NCBI RefSeq assembly: GCF_963921235.1
Contig: NC_086098.1
Coordinates: 154,256,001-154,320,000 of the forward strand
Length of the DNA stretch: 64,000 nucleotides
Direction of reading: 5' to 3'
Source of the DNA: Mobula hypostoma
Lineage: Eukaryota
In this document: one piece after another, positions 11,050-25,029 of the stretch
Position numbering within the stretch: position 1 is the stretch's first letter
Layout of the letters: each line of letters starts with the position of its first letter
Position numbers and translations under genes: made by a program
The notes under the pieces: model-generated
What the model was told of the DNA's origin: nothing
Seen by the model: the letters and a program-made list of their open reading frames with translations, nothing else
Database searches by the model: none

Positions 11050-14020
11050 AGTAAGAACATCAGACCATAAGATATAAGAGCATTTGGACTATTGAATCTG
11101 CACTGCCATTTCATCATGGCTGATCCATTTTCCCTCTCAACTCCAATCTCCTGCCCTCTCCCTCTATCCTTTCTTGCCATGACTAATCAAGAATTTATCA
11201 AACTCTGCCTTCAATATACCCAATGACTTGGCCTCCAGTGCCACTTTAGCAATGAATTCCACAGAAGAAATTCCTCCTCATCTCCATTATAAGAAAATGC
11301 ACATCAATTCTGAGGTTAGGTACTCTGGTCTTAGACTCCCCCTCCATAGGAACATCTCCCAACATCCATTCTATCAAGGCCTTTCACCATTCCATAGGTT
11401 TCAATCAGGTCACCCCCTATTCTTCTGAATTCCAATCAGTAGAGGCCCAGAGCCATCAAACTCTTCTCATATGACAAGCCTTTCAATCCTGGAATCATTT
11501 TTGTGAACCTCCTTTGAAACCTCTCCAATGTCAGCACATCCTTTCCTAGATAAGGGGCCCAAAACTGCTCACAATGCTCCAAGTGAGGACTCAACAATGA
11601 TTTATAAAGTCTCAACATTACATCTTTGCTTTTATATTCTGGTCCTCTTGAAATGAATGCTAATATTGCATTTGCCTTCTTCACCACCAACTCAACCTAC
11701 AATTTAACCTTTACAGAATCCTATACAAGGACTTCCAAGTCTCCTTGGCAGAATATAGTATTAATGGTAAGACTCTTGGCAGTGTGGAGGATCAGAGGGA
11801 TCTTGGGATCCGAGTCCATAGGACATTCAAAGCAGTTGCACAGGTTGACTGTGTGGTTACGTAGGCATACGGTGTATTGGCCTTCATCAATCATGGAATT
11901 AAATTTAGGAGCAGAGAGGTAATGTTGCAGCTGTATAGGACCCTGGTCATACCCCATTTGGAGGACTGTGCTCAGTTCTGGTCGCCTCACGAAGGATGTG
12001 GAAACCACAGAAAAGGTGCAGAGGAGATTTACAAGGATGTTGCCTGGATTGGGGATCATGCCTTATGAGAATAGGTTGAGTGAACTTGGCCTTTTCTCCT
12101 TGGAGTGACGGAGGATGAGAGGTGACCTGGTAGAGGTGTATAAGATGATGAGAGGCATTGATCGTGTACATAGTCAGAGGTCTTTTCCCGGGGATGAAAT
12201 GGTTGCCACAAGAGACACAGGTTTAAGGTGCTGGGGAGTAGGTACAGAGGAGATGTCAGGGGTAAGTTTTTTACGCAGAGAGTGCTGAGTGTGTGGAATG
12301 GGCTGCTGGCAACTGTAGTGGAGGCGGATACGATAGGGTCTTTTAAGAGACTTTTGGATAGGTACACGGAGCTTAGAAAATTAGAGGGCTATGGGCAAGC
12401 CTAGTAATTTCTAAGGTAGGGACATGTTCAGCACAAATTTGTGGGCCGAAGGGCCTGTATTGTGCTGTAGGTTTTCTATGTTTCTATGTTTCTTTGCACC
12501 TCAGAATTTTGGATATTCTCTCCATTTAGAAAATAGTCTACATTTCTATTCCTTCTACCAAAGTGCATAACCGTACACTTTCCGAAACTATGTTCCATCT
12601 GCCACTCTCTTTGTCCATTCTCTGAATCTGTGTAAGTCTTTCTGTACCCTCTCTACTTCCTCAAAACTACCTGCCCCTCCACCTATCTTCATATCATCTG
12701 CAAACTTGGCAACAATGCTATCAATTCTTGGGGTACTGCAAGTCTGTGTCTTTCTTGATGACTTGCTGCATGCTTGAATGCTCAGTGGAGGGCACTGGTG
12801 TTTTTTTGCTGGTGGGTGTTGGAGGGGGTCATTACCTTGCTGCTGCTTGAGCGTGAGAGGGGGGAGCTGAGGTGGGGACTTTGGGGTTATACTGTTTAAC
12901 TGTCATTCATTCTTTGGGGCATTCCTCTGTTTTCATGTATGTTTGCAAAGAAAAAGAATTTCATGATGTATACTGTACACATTTCTCTGACATTAAATGA
13001 ACCTATTGAATTCTGTCATTCAAATCATTGACATAAAATGTAGAAAAAAGTGGTCCCAAAACAGGCCTCTGTGGAACCACCAGTCACCGGCAGCCAGTCA
13101 GAAAACTCTTTGCCTCTAGCCTATCTGGCACTGCTCTATTAATGCGAGTATCTTTCTGTAATGCCATGGACTCTTAATTTGTTAAGCATTATCATGTATG
13201 GCATATTGTCAAAATCATACTGAAAATCCAAGTACACAACATCCATTGATTCTCCTTTGTTTATCCTGCTTGGTATTTCATCAAAGAATTCCAAAAGATT
13301 TGTCAGGCAAGATTTTCCCTTGAGGAGACCATGCTGACTAATGGCTCTTTTATCGTGTGTCTCTAAATACCCAAAACCACATCCTTAACAATCAACTCCA
13401 ACATCTTCCCAACCACTGAGGTTAGACTAACTGGCCTACAATTTCCTTTCTTCTGGCACTCTCTCTTCATGAAGAGTGGAGTGACATTTGCATTTTCCAT
13501 TCCTCTGGAACTATGCCAGAATCAATTGAATCTTGAAAGATCACTACTAATGCCTCCACAATCTCTTCAGCCAGCTCTTTCAGAATCCTGGTGTGCATAC
13601 CATCTGGTCCAGGTGACTTATCTACCTTCAGACCTTCCAATTCCCCAAGAACCTTCTCCAGAGTAATGGCAACTTCACACACATTTCCGTACTTCCAGAA
13701 TGCAACTGGTGTCTTCCACAGCGAAGACCGATGCAAAATACTTATTCAATTTGTCCACTATTTCCTGGTTCACATTACTACCTTCACCAGCATCATTTTC
13801 CAGTGGTCCGATATCTATTCCCGTCTCTCTCTTACACTTTATGTTTCTGAAGAACGTTTGGTATCCTCTTTAATATTATTGACTAGCTTATTCATATTTT
13901 CCTTTATTATGAATTCTTAGTTGCCTTCTGTTGGTTTTTAGAGAGCTCCCCAGTCCTCTAATTTCCCACTAATTCTTGTTCTATTATATGCTCTCTCATT
14001 AGCTTTGACAAAGCTTTGAC
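11050..14020. mobile_element. Cluster of nested CR1 fragments (plus-strand copy about 11748-12490 inside a minus-strand copy; further minus copy about 13020-14020)
   Basis: CR1 RT/3' peptides on both strands; the (tttctatg)n tail ends the plus copy near 12490; the minus copy resumes across the insertion. Confidence 0.8.
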
Positions 14021-14164
14021 CGCCTTTGTCAGCGACAGTTGTGTCATCCTGCATTTAGAATGCTTCTTCCTCTTTGAGATGTTTATATCCTGCGCTTTCC
14101 TCATATATTATTCCTTTCATTCTTGGGTTTATACAAATGCAAGTTTATTTACCCATTCAGTTAA

Positions 14165-15170
14165 GTTAGACAACCTCTCCTCCTCCACTCTCACCCTGAA
14201 CACCGGCATGCCTCAAGGCTGTGTGCTGAGCCCTCTTCTGTACTCCCTTTTCACCTATGACTGCATTGCTGTACATGGTTCTAACTCCATAATCAAGTTC
14301 GCAGATGACACCAAGGTGGTTGGTCTGATTAGAGGGGATGACGAGACAGCCTACAGGGACGAGGTTCAGCACCTGGCCACATGGTGTGCCGACAACAACC
14401 TGGCCCTGAACACCCAGAAGACCAAGGAGATCATTGTGGACTTCAGGCATGCTAGGAGCCACACTCATGTCCCCATCTACATCAACGGAGCTGTAGTGGA
14501 GCATGTATCAAGCTTCAAATTCCTTGGTGTCCACATTTCCGAGGATCTCACCTGGTCCGTGAACTCCTCCATCCTGATCAAAAAGGCACAACAGCGCCTT
14601 TATTTCCTGCGGAGCATGAAGAAAGCTCACCTCTGTCCCAGAATACTGACAGACTTTTACTGCTGTACCATTGAGAGCATACTCACCAACTGCATTTCAG
14701 TGTGGTATGGCAATTGTCCTGCATCGGACCACAAAGCACTCCAGCGTGTGGTGAAAACTGCACAGCGGAATATTGGCACCCAATTGCCCACCATTGAGAA
14801 CATCTACCATAAACGCTACCTGGGCAGGGTGAAAAGCATTTTCAAGGATGCATCTCAACCTAACCATGGACTTTCTACTCTCCTCCCATCCTGTAGGCAC
14901 TACAGGAGCCTCTGCTCCCGCACCAGCAGGCTCAGAAAGAGCTTCTGTCCTGAGGCTGTGACCCCATTGAATCTCACATCACAGTACTAAGCAGTATTGC
15001 ACCCATACTGTACTGTCTCAGTACTTTTATATTTGTGTGCTGTAGCACTTACTTTTCATTCACATTTATTTTATAAATAACACTATTCTTTGCATTTCTG
15101 GTCAGATGCTAACTGCATTTCATTGACTTTGTATCTGTACTCAATGACAATAAAGTTGAATCTAATCTAA
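14165..15170 (+). mobile_element. Rex1/Babar-type LINE, 5'-truncated, RT C-terminal half still open
   Basis: GMPQGCVLSPLLYSLFT...IIKFADDTKVVGLI...KKAQQRLYFLR; tail caataaagttgaatctaatctaa. Confidence 0.85.
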
Positions 15171-16139
15171 AGATAATGGTTGAAAAGATTAAATGAAAAA
15201 AGTAATGTGAAGTGGGCAAAATTTTCAGTGAATTAAAAATAGCTCGGATTACACAGACTACCATAAATTATGCAGATGTACAGTGAAATACAAAGATCTT
15301 AAGCTTAGGCACATATATAAAACTAGGGTGCCCAAGACTTTTGCATAGTACTGTAAAAGAAAATGGAATGGTACTCAAAAATGAAAAAACAAAATTAAGA
15401 AAAATGATTATGAGGTTCTTTAGAAAATTTGCAGCAAATTTATTAAAGAAAAATCTCTTAATTGAGGAAACAAAACATCGTAAAACTATAATTATTTTCT
15501 ATATATCTCATCATTATTTTTTCCATTTAGGAAGAATTGGTAACATTAATATGGTATGAGTATGCGGTATATCAACTAAGCCTATAAAAACAACAACTGA
15601 TTGGCGAAGAAATGAGGCTAAGGTGTCAAAAGTCATAGCCATCAGCAGGTCATTAAGAAATAAGAATTAATAAGTTATTGATTTAGCAAAATTAGTGATG
15701 TATTTGTTAAGCATTATGAGGAGCCAAGGACAACATTTGAGAGCTTCTTAAGACTATTAAATGAAATGCTGAGATATCCTTCAGATCTCTAAAATTGAAG
15801 AGAAGAATGATAATCCATTTTATCATTGGAAAATATTGGAAAGTATTTTAAATCACATTACGATTGATTAAAACAGCGTCTTTTCAATTCTGAGCAAGTT
15901 GTATGCATCATTAGATTGTCAGAATCATATTTATTATCCCTGTCTTATATGATGTGAAATCTGTTGTTTTGCAGCAGCAGTGCAATGCAAAAACATAAAA
16001 TTATCTTAATTTATAAAACAAACAGGACAAAAATAAGGAGTAATGAAGTAGTGTTCATGTTCTGTTCAGAAACCTGATGGTGGAGGAGAAGAAGATAATC
16101 CTAAATCATTGATAGTGAATATTCAGGCTCCTGTAACTC

Positions 16140-16780
16140 CTCCCAGTGGCAGCTTGTTCCACATTCGCCCCTCCTCTAAGTGAAATAATTTCCTCCTCAG
16201 ATTCTCCTTAATATACAACCTTTCACCCGAAACCTACAACCTCTAGTTCTATTCTCACCCAACCTGAGGGGGAAAAGCTTGCATGCATTCACCATATTTG
16301 TACCCCTCATAATTTTGTATACCTCTGTAAGATTTCTCCTTATTCTCCTCTACTCCAGGGTAATAAATCCTAACCTGTTCAACCTCTCCCTAGAACTCAG
16401 GTCCTCAATTCCTGGCAACATCGATGTAAATGTTCTCTGTGTTCTTTCAAGGTTATTGACATCTTTCCTGTAAAAGGGTGACCAGAGCTGTACACAATGC
16501 CACAAATATGGCCTCACCAACATTTTATACAACTTCAACGCAACATGCTGACTTCTTTACTCAAATCTCTGATTTATGAAGGTAAATTTGCCAGAAGCTC
16601 TCCTAATGACCCTGGTTATCTGTGATGCTACTTCCAAAGTATTATTGAACTACATTGCCAAACTCCTTTCTTCTTCTGCAGCCCTCTGTGCCCTGCTGTT
16701 CACTGTGTAAGTCCTACCCCGGTTTGTCCTCCCAAAGTACAACAATTCTCACCAGTCCACATTAAATCCCATAAAGTCAC
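16140..16780 (-). mobile_element. CR1 3' fragment
   Basis: KLYKMLVRPYLWHCVQLWSPFYRKDVNNLERTQR. Confidence 0.8.
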
Positions 16781-18429
16781 CACTTCTGGTGAATTGCCCC
16801 TTCCACTCCTCCTTTTATTCCATTACCCATTCTGGATCCCCTCTTACACCTGTGCTGCTGAGTTCCTCCAGCATTTTGTGCATGTTACTCTGGATTTCCA
16901 GCATCTGCAGAATCTCTTGTGTTTAAAATCTATCTGCTATTTTTCGACCCATTTTTCCAAACCTCCATATGTGGAATTCTGGGAAAGTAGGTGACGGATT
17001 TGGACAATTTTATTAAAGAATCTCTTAAGAAAGTTGCAGTCATGTGGACTCACAGGGTTGATGATTGCAGAACTCTGAACATGACTTGAAGAGATTTTAA
17101 GAATTATTGCAAGAATTGGTGACAGAAAAAAAACAAAACAAATCTATACACAAAAAGCTGACAGTGTTACCCTGCTGAAATGTTTTCTGTCAATATTCTC
17201 TCATTCTTAGTGGTGTCACTATGACAGCAAAAATGCACCAAAGCACAGTGAATGGAAAGGGTGAGAGAGCATTTGAAAAGTAGAAAATGAAGTCTTTGAT
17301 TCACCAATGCGGATCAGTGCTAGTACTCAAGGGTTAAATTAGCCTAGTTCATTAAAACTAAAGCCTTGTAATTGATATGCCAACAGACATTGTACTTTTT
17401 ATGTCTGATTAGTGGTTTAATTTCACAGAGTTGTTTAGTTCTTTAGATGTAACACTGAGCAGTCAAATGACAAATGAATGCAAGATCAGTAAGGGATGCT
17501 TCAGGTAATGTAATAGTCATGTGCAGAGAGTCAGAGTAACTATATGCGTTAGTGCTAATGACACATGGTGCATTAGCCTTCATTGCAAGAGGATTTGAAT
17601 ACAGGATCATAGATATCTTGCAGCACCTGCACAGGGCCCCATTAGACATTGTGTACAGTTTTGGTCTCCTTGTCCTGAGGAAGAGTAGTCTTGTTATGGA
17701 GGGAATGCAGTCCTGATGAAGGGTCTTGGCCTAAAACATCGACTGTTTCTCCCTGTAGTTGCTGCCTGACCTGTTGAGAATTCCTTCAGCATTTCATGTG
17801 TGTTGCTGAAGATTTTCACCATCTGCAGAATCTCTTGCATGCTTTCCCTGAAAATCCTCACTCATTATCACTATTGGTGACACACAAAATGTAACAACAT
17901 GTTTAGAAATCAGCAAGTACATCCCCTTTCAACAATTTATTTGTGCAGCAGAGGTTTACTAGGATAGTTAGATTGATGTATGAGAAGACATTGGATTGAT
18001 CAGGTCTATTATTCACTGGAGTTTTGAAGAGTGAAGGGGAATCTCATAGGAATCTGTAAGATCACCACAGGAGAAGGCAATCATGATACAAAGAAGATGT
18101 TGCCAATGCATCGGGAACTCAGAGCCAAGGAAGAATGCTTTACTGGAACAATTAATTGGGAATGGAATTCTGCTGTGAGCTGGCATTGACTCAATGGGTT
18201 AAAATGGCTCTGTTCAGACAATGGTCTCAAGGAAATATATCACATATTATATTTCACATACAGAGCGTCAGGACCCACACCACAGGTTCAGGAACAATTA
18301 TTAACCCTCACCCATCAGGCTTTTCAACAAGAGGGGATAACATCTCTGAACTTTTCCCACTACCTAAGGACTCAAGGACTCTTCACCTCATGTTCTTGAT
18401 ATTTATTGTGTATTTGTTATTAACCTTTT

Positions 18430-20330
18430 TATTTTTTCTCAGCTGAAGCTGGCAAAACCTGAGGTACAGGCACAGCCAAGCACACTCATTTCTTAATTGA
18501 TAGAAACTTTCAGACTATTCTAGTGGTGTTTAGTACTGTGGCTTTCTGAACATTTACAAAGGTACTGCTATGTAGCCCCAATTGTTTAATGCTATTGTGT
18601 AGTGACTTTGGGATGACACCTGTTGTAGATATTACTATTGGGACAATGTATACCTTGTTCATATTCCAAAGTCTTTCAATTTCCTCTTTTAATTCAGCAT
18701 ATTTCTGGTCTTTTTCACTTACTGATTTCTGTGTGTTTGAAATGGCTTTATCTATTAAATAAGTTGTTCTTGCTTGTTTACCCTATACTATTATATCTGG
18801 ACAGTTGTTGTGGATTCTTCTATCAGAAATAACTGATCAGTCATAATATAATTTGGGGTATTCTTACTCTAAAATCAGATCCGGCTTGTATTTATACCAA
18901 TGTGTGATTTCATTTATGAGTTTGTATTTCAATTTATATTTTAAAGCAAGATTTTGATGAATGATGTTTGCCACTTGATTGTGCCTGTGTAGGTAATGAT
19001 ATTGTGTTAAGCTGCTCCGGGATCATGGAATGTGTTGTGTTGTTTCTGTTTTTTTTTCTTGGCAGTCCCTACATTTATCATCGTGGTCTTTTATTATGTA
19101 TTTTTCATAATTTTTTGTGTTTGCTACCTGGTCCTGTATTGCCACTAGGAACTCTTCTGTTTCTGGGAAGAAGTCTCTAACTCTGAGCCACGCAGTCAAT
19201 GCTTCCTTGTCAACATTTAGTCTGCTCAGATCATAGGGATGTTTTCCATGGATGGTCATGCTCCTCTATTGGTTAATCTTTTTTTTCAATAGTGATAATG
19301 TCTTCATTTTTCTGGGTTGTGCTTTCATTTAAGTTTAGTGGTGTGTACTTCTTATCAGAATTGCATATGCTTGCGTGGTGCTGATTCCTGTTATCATTAA
19401 TGTAAGTATAGCCTTTGAAGTTTTATCTGACTGTTGTGTAGACTTTTAATGTCTGTTATTCATCCTCCCCCTTCTGTGCTAGGCAGTGTTAATCCAAGCG
19501 TGTTCAAGTGTGCATAATGTTTTCTGAAATTTGTCATTTCAGTTCTTATTTTTCTTTGTAATTTTCCAGATCAATTTTGAACCATGATATTATGCTAAAA
19601 TAATACATTAATATAGGTAGAGCAAAGATATTTATTGCCTTTGTTATATTTTTACTATTAAGCTCTGTTTGACAGATTTTCTTAAGCCTTGCAATAAACT
19701 CTGTCAAAAGTTTTTCCTTTATCATACTATGATCTATTTTCTTTCCTTAATGATATTGCGGATACTTATATGTTTCACGATCATCCATGAATTGTATTGT
19801 ATCCTGCTGCTCTGTTTTATATTCTATTAACTCTATTGAACCTTTCTTTAAATTTAATGTTCTGCATTTATCCTGTCCAAAGTCCAGACTTATATCCTTA
19901 AAAAAATGTCCTACTATTTGAATTAATTACTTTAGCTTAACTGATGAAGGAGTAATTTCAAATATTCCATGTATGGAAGGGGTGCAAGGGTATAGCTCAT
20001 TTTGCTGTGTCTGGTTTGATACCTAATTTTTGTCTAATTCAGTAAATTAGAGAGCAGTTTTAAAGCAAGACAGAACCATAGTGGACTTAAAGAGTCACCC
20101 TGGAAAATACCTTGGTTTATTTTGATAATGGTGGTTCTTCTTTCTTGGTTGTTAATGGATACAGTAATTACAGTACACAATGCTTCTTTAGATATTGCAG
20201 GAATTTCACAAGTATTGGGTGTAGTTTATATATATTAAGAACTTCTATCAAGCATGAATGTGGCGCAGAGTCAAATGCCTTCTGGTGGGCAAGAAAGCAG
20301 CATGAAAGATATTATTATTAAATTATTTCT
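18430..20330 (-). mobile_element. Decayed R4/Dong-like (restriction-like-endonuclease) non-LTR retrotransposon, copy 1
   Basis: Peptide HGKHPYDLSR...PETEEFLVAIQDQVANTKNYEKYIIKD...CRDCQEKKTETTQHI matches the CCHC region of R4/Dong-type elements. Confidence 0.68.
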
Positions 20331-21599
20331 TTTATTTTGGTATTTGCACGGTTTGTTGTCTTTTGCACATTGATTGGTTGTCTGTCCTGTTAGGAATATT
20401 CTTTCATTAATTCTATTGTGTTTCTTGTATTTACTATGATTCTTGCAAGAAAATGAATTTCAGGGCATGTGGTGACATATACATGTATATATGATAACAA
20501 AATTAATTTGAACTTTGAACTTTTCAAGATTGATAATATAAATGTAGGTAATTCATTTCCAAGTACCACACTAGGGGAGGAGTACATTGGCTTAGGAGGC
20601 TGTGCACTGTCATCCCACCAGTTTGATATTTAGTCTCCAGGAGAACTAAATTTACTTTCTTTACAATTTGGAAAGTAATGCTTTGATTGAAATATTCAAG
20701 CCATTTAGAGAAACTAGTTTGAAAATCTTAGACCATGAGGTATTGTCTAATAGTTATGACCAGGTTATTTAGTTAAGATACATTTGGAATTCTCTTCAGC
20801 AAGTATCAGTTATGCTTGTCCTGTCCTGATGAAAGGTCTCAGCATCTTATTTGTTATCCCAGATTCCTTTCTTCACTCTTGTGTTACTAGTTGTTATTGG
20901 GTCTATTGTTAATGATTAATCTGAGATTGATTGATCTTTTTTAACTAAGGGTAGTAGTTTATGTAGGAAAAGTAGATATATGGAATAGTTACAGGTTATC
21001 CATCATCTAATAGAATGCTATCACAGTTTTAAGGGGCAGAATAGCCTCCTGTGATTCTGTGTATCAAGTCATGGAACACAACTAAGTTATTGTGCTGACA
21101 GATACCTAATTGATGGATTATTGATCTGTGGTTCTTTTAACCAAGAGAATCAGCCACCTACGTTCAGACAATAAAAGTAAATGCTGAAGTTTAATAAGCT
21201 GCAGAATTTATTTCTGCTGAATTCTGATTGCTCCATAAATTATGCCACATGAATGAAAATCTTGCCTGAGTACTAACTGCTAACAACACGCATAAAAGTT
21301 GCTGGTGAACGCAGCAGACCAGGCAGCATCTCTAGGAAGAGGTGCAGTAGACGTTTCAGGCCGAGACCCTTCGTCAGGACTAAATGCTAATTTTGAGATT
21401 TGATTTAAGAAAACAATAATTTTGATTTGCCAAAATGACTGCACTATTGCACGAAAATATTCATTATTCGTGGACTCATCCACACAAAGGCCACAAATAC
21501 CATGCACTCAGAATCAATAAAAATGAAAAATTGTGGATTTTTGGGTTGTGCTCTCATTTACGTTTAGTGGTGGATACTTCTACTTATTATTATTATATT

Positions 21600-24500
21600 T
21601 TAATTTTTTTCAGCTCAAGCTGGTAAAACCTGAGGGATGGGCATAGCCAGTGCACTCATCCCTCAATTGCTAAAAACTTCTGACTATTCTCGTCATGTTT
21701 AGTATTGTGGCTTTCTGAAAGTTAACATAAGTATTGCTGAATAGACCTAATTGTGTAGTGCCTTTGGGATGATACCTGTTGTAGATATTACTATTGAGAC
21801 AATGTATACCTTGTTCATGTTCTATAGTCTTTCAATTTCCTTTTTAATTCAGTATATTTCTGGTGTATTTCACTTATTGATTTCTGTGCCAAAGAAAGTG
21901 AGGAGTAGTCAGTCTAATTGACTATCGTTCAGTGGCATTAACATCAACCAGTTCAGCATTTAAGACCATCATACCCCAGAAGCTGGTGGGGAAACTGTCC
22001 TCACTGGGCCTCAACATCTGCCTTTGCAACTGGATCCTGGACTTCTTAATGGTAAAACCACAATCAGTCCGTGTGGGCAAGCAATGTTTCTAGTTCCATT
22101 ATGCTGAACACTCACACTCCTCAGGGTGGTATGCTCAGCCTGCTTCTGTTCACACTGCCAACCCGTGACTGTGTCACAGGATTCAGCTCAAACTATGTCA
22201 TCAAGCTTACAGATGATGCAGTCGTGGTTGGCCTCAAATGTTGAGTCAGAGTACAGAGCGGAAGTAGAGTGGCGAGTGGACCAGTGTGAGAAGAACAATC
22301 TAAGTCTAAAAGTGGGAATCACCAAAGGAAATCATTGTGGACTTCGAGAAGGTGCAGATGAACTGTCCCCCTCTGTGGTTGTATGTCTCCTCCACAGAGG
22401 GAGTTAAGTGTACCTGGTTCCTGGGAGTTCCTGTCATGGATATACTTTATAGCAATTTTTGGTGATGGGCTAGTAGCAACAACTAAAAGAAAAGGCGCCA
22501 CATAAGTAACTTATCAGTCTTGTGCACATAATATTTTAATATGTTGGAGCTCACGCATCTGATTCCATCCACAACGTCCCTCCGAGACTCCAGCCACCAT
22601 CTGAACCCCCGAGGTCTGGTATCTGCTGCCCTGGAACCGCTGTCCATTCCCTGCACATCCGTCCTCTCCGCTTGCCTCCCGTAATAGCTCCCGATCCTCA
22701 GCTGAGCACACACATATGAGATAGCATAACATGACTTTCATTGGCTAGCAAATGAATACGATTTCCAGTATCACTAACTATAAGCCAAACATACCGCCAC
22801 AGAGAATTCCTTACTCAGCAGTTAACAGTATGAGAGACCATTTTAGTTTATCACTTCAGAGAAACCATTTTGTAATAGGCAATTAACAGGTAACAGTCCA
22901 GCTAATATTACTGAGAACCCTACAGTATTATCAAGGGTCCCACCTACCCATCCATCCAGCATCCTCTTTGATTTTACACCATCAGGCAGGAGACTCCAAT
23001 GCATAAAAAACTAGAACAGTTCGGATGGGAAATGGTTTCTTCCCTCAGGTCATTTGGCTTCTGAAATTCCTGTCATACTGCCTGCAAAGTGTCACTGGTT
23101 AATCTGTTCTGTACCTTACAATATTTAATTTGTGCACTTTAGTTTGTTTATTTATATGTAATCCATCTGTAGATTTCATCCGTACTTTCATAAGTTATAA
23201 TGTGTAATGTGTGTTATGTATACTACAGTACTTTACACCCTGGTTTGGTGAAATGCTGTCTTATTTGACAGTATCCGTGTATATAGTTAAATGGCTATAA
23301 ACTTGACCTGACTTGAACTGACCATATGCCGTGTGTGCTTGGAATGGCTGTATCCTTGTTTATTCTGTTTTTTTTATATTTGGATATTTATTATGGATTG
23401 CCTTGTCTAATATAATGGATTGGTCATAATATAAGTTGTAGGATTTGGACTCTAAACCTGGATCAGTCTTTTATTTACAGAAAGATATGGTGTCTTTCAT
23501 GAGTTTGTATTTTAAAGCAAGATTTTGGAGAATGATGTTTGCCAATTGTTTGTGCCTGTGTAATTAATCAGATTGAGTTAAACTGTTGCATGATCCTGTA
23601 ATGTGTTGGATTGTTTCTGTTTTTTCTTGGCATTTTCTGCATTTATAAGTTGGTCTTTTATTATGTATTTTTAATCATTTTTGTGTTAACTACCTGGTTC
23701 TCAATTTCCACAAGGAACCCCTCTGTTTCTGGGAAGAGGGGTCCAACTCTGAGCCAGGTATTCGACATCTAGTCTGGATGTGGATCTGGATCATGGGGAT
23801 GTCTTCCATGGAGCATCCAGCTCATCCATTGGTTAAATTTTCTTCTGCAGTGATAACTTCTTCATTTTTTTCTGATTTGTACTTTCATTTAAGTTTAGTG
23901 GTGTGTGCTTCTTACCAGAATTGCATATGCTTGTGAAGAGTCCTGCTTTTGATGATGAAAATATATCATTAAAATATTATCTTTCTGTTGTGTTCTTTTT
24001 TGTATCTGTTATTCCTCTTCTTACATCTGTTCCTTGTTGTTCAGTCGTTTAGTCAAATCTGACTTTTTGTAACTTCATGGAACCATAGGGTTTATCATGG
24101 CAAGATACAGAAGTAGATTGCTAGGCATTTCTTCTGCGCAGATACTGCTGCTGGTCATTTTGAGACCTGGCTGTGTTTGAACTCAGGACCATCTGCCTTG
24201 AATTACACCACCAGCTAGCCCACTTCCGCCCTAGGTTATGTTAATCTTAGCACATTTGCATGTACGTAATGCTTTTTAAAATTTGTCATTTTAGTTCTTA
24301 TCTTTATTTGAAATTTTTCCGGATTGGTTTTGGATTAAGAAATTACGTCAAAAGGATATGTTAATATGGGTATAGCAAAGGTGTATATTATCTTTGATAT
24401 ATGTTTACTATTGAGCTCTATTTGGCAGATTTTCTTAAGCCTTCAAGTAAATTCTGTCAAAAAGTCCCTTTGTTACACTATGATCTATTTCCTTTGCTTA

Positions 24501-25020
24501 TTGATATCCCAGATATTTATACGGTTCATATTCATCCATCAGTTGCATTGTATCCTGCTTCTCTGTTCTACAAACGTTTGTATGTTCTACCAGCACAATT
24601 GATCCTTTCTTTATGTTTGATGTTCTGTACTTATTTAGTCCAAAGTTCATGTTTATATCTATAGAAAATAGTTCCAGTAATTGAATTGAGTTCTTTAGTT
24701 TTACTGATGAAGGAGCGTATAATTTCAGATTATCTGGGTATAGTTTGCGTGATTGTTTCTGATTTAATAGCCTATTTTCATTCGATTCTATAAACTAAAG
24801 AGCATATTTAAATCTAGACAAAACCACGGTGGGATTAGGGAGTTGCCCTGGAAAATGCATCAGTTTATTTTGATATGGTTGTCAGTAGATAGGGTAATTC
24901 ATAAGATGTTGTAGGAATTTCGCAGGTATTGGGTGTAGTTTATATATATTAAGAACATGTATTAACCATGCGTGTGGGACAGAATCAAATATTTTTTTAT
25001 TGGGTAGTCAGCATAACAAC
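21600..25020 (-). mobile_element. R4/Dong-like copy 2, split by Rex1-type fragments (about 21890-23320)
   Basis: 21610-21890 aligns by eye with 18440-18730, and 23370-25010 with 18790-20300. Confidence 0.65.
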
Positions 25021-25029
25021 ATGAATGAT

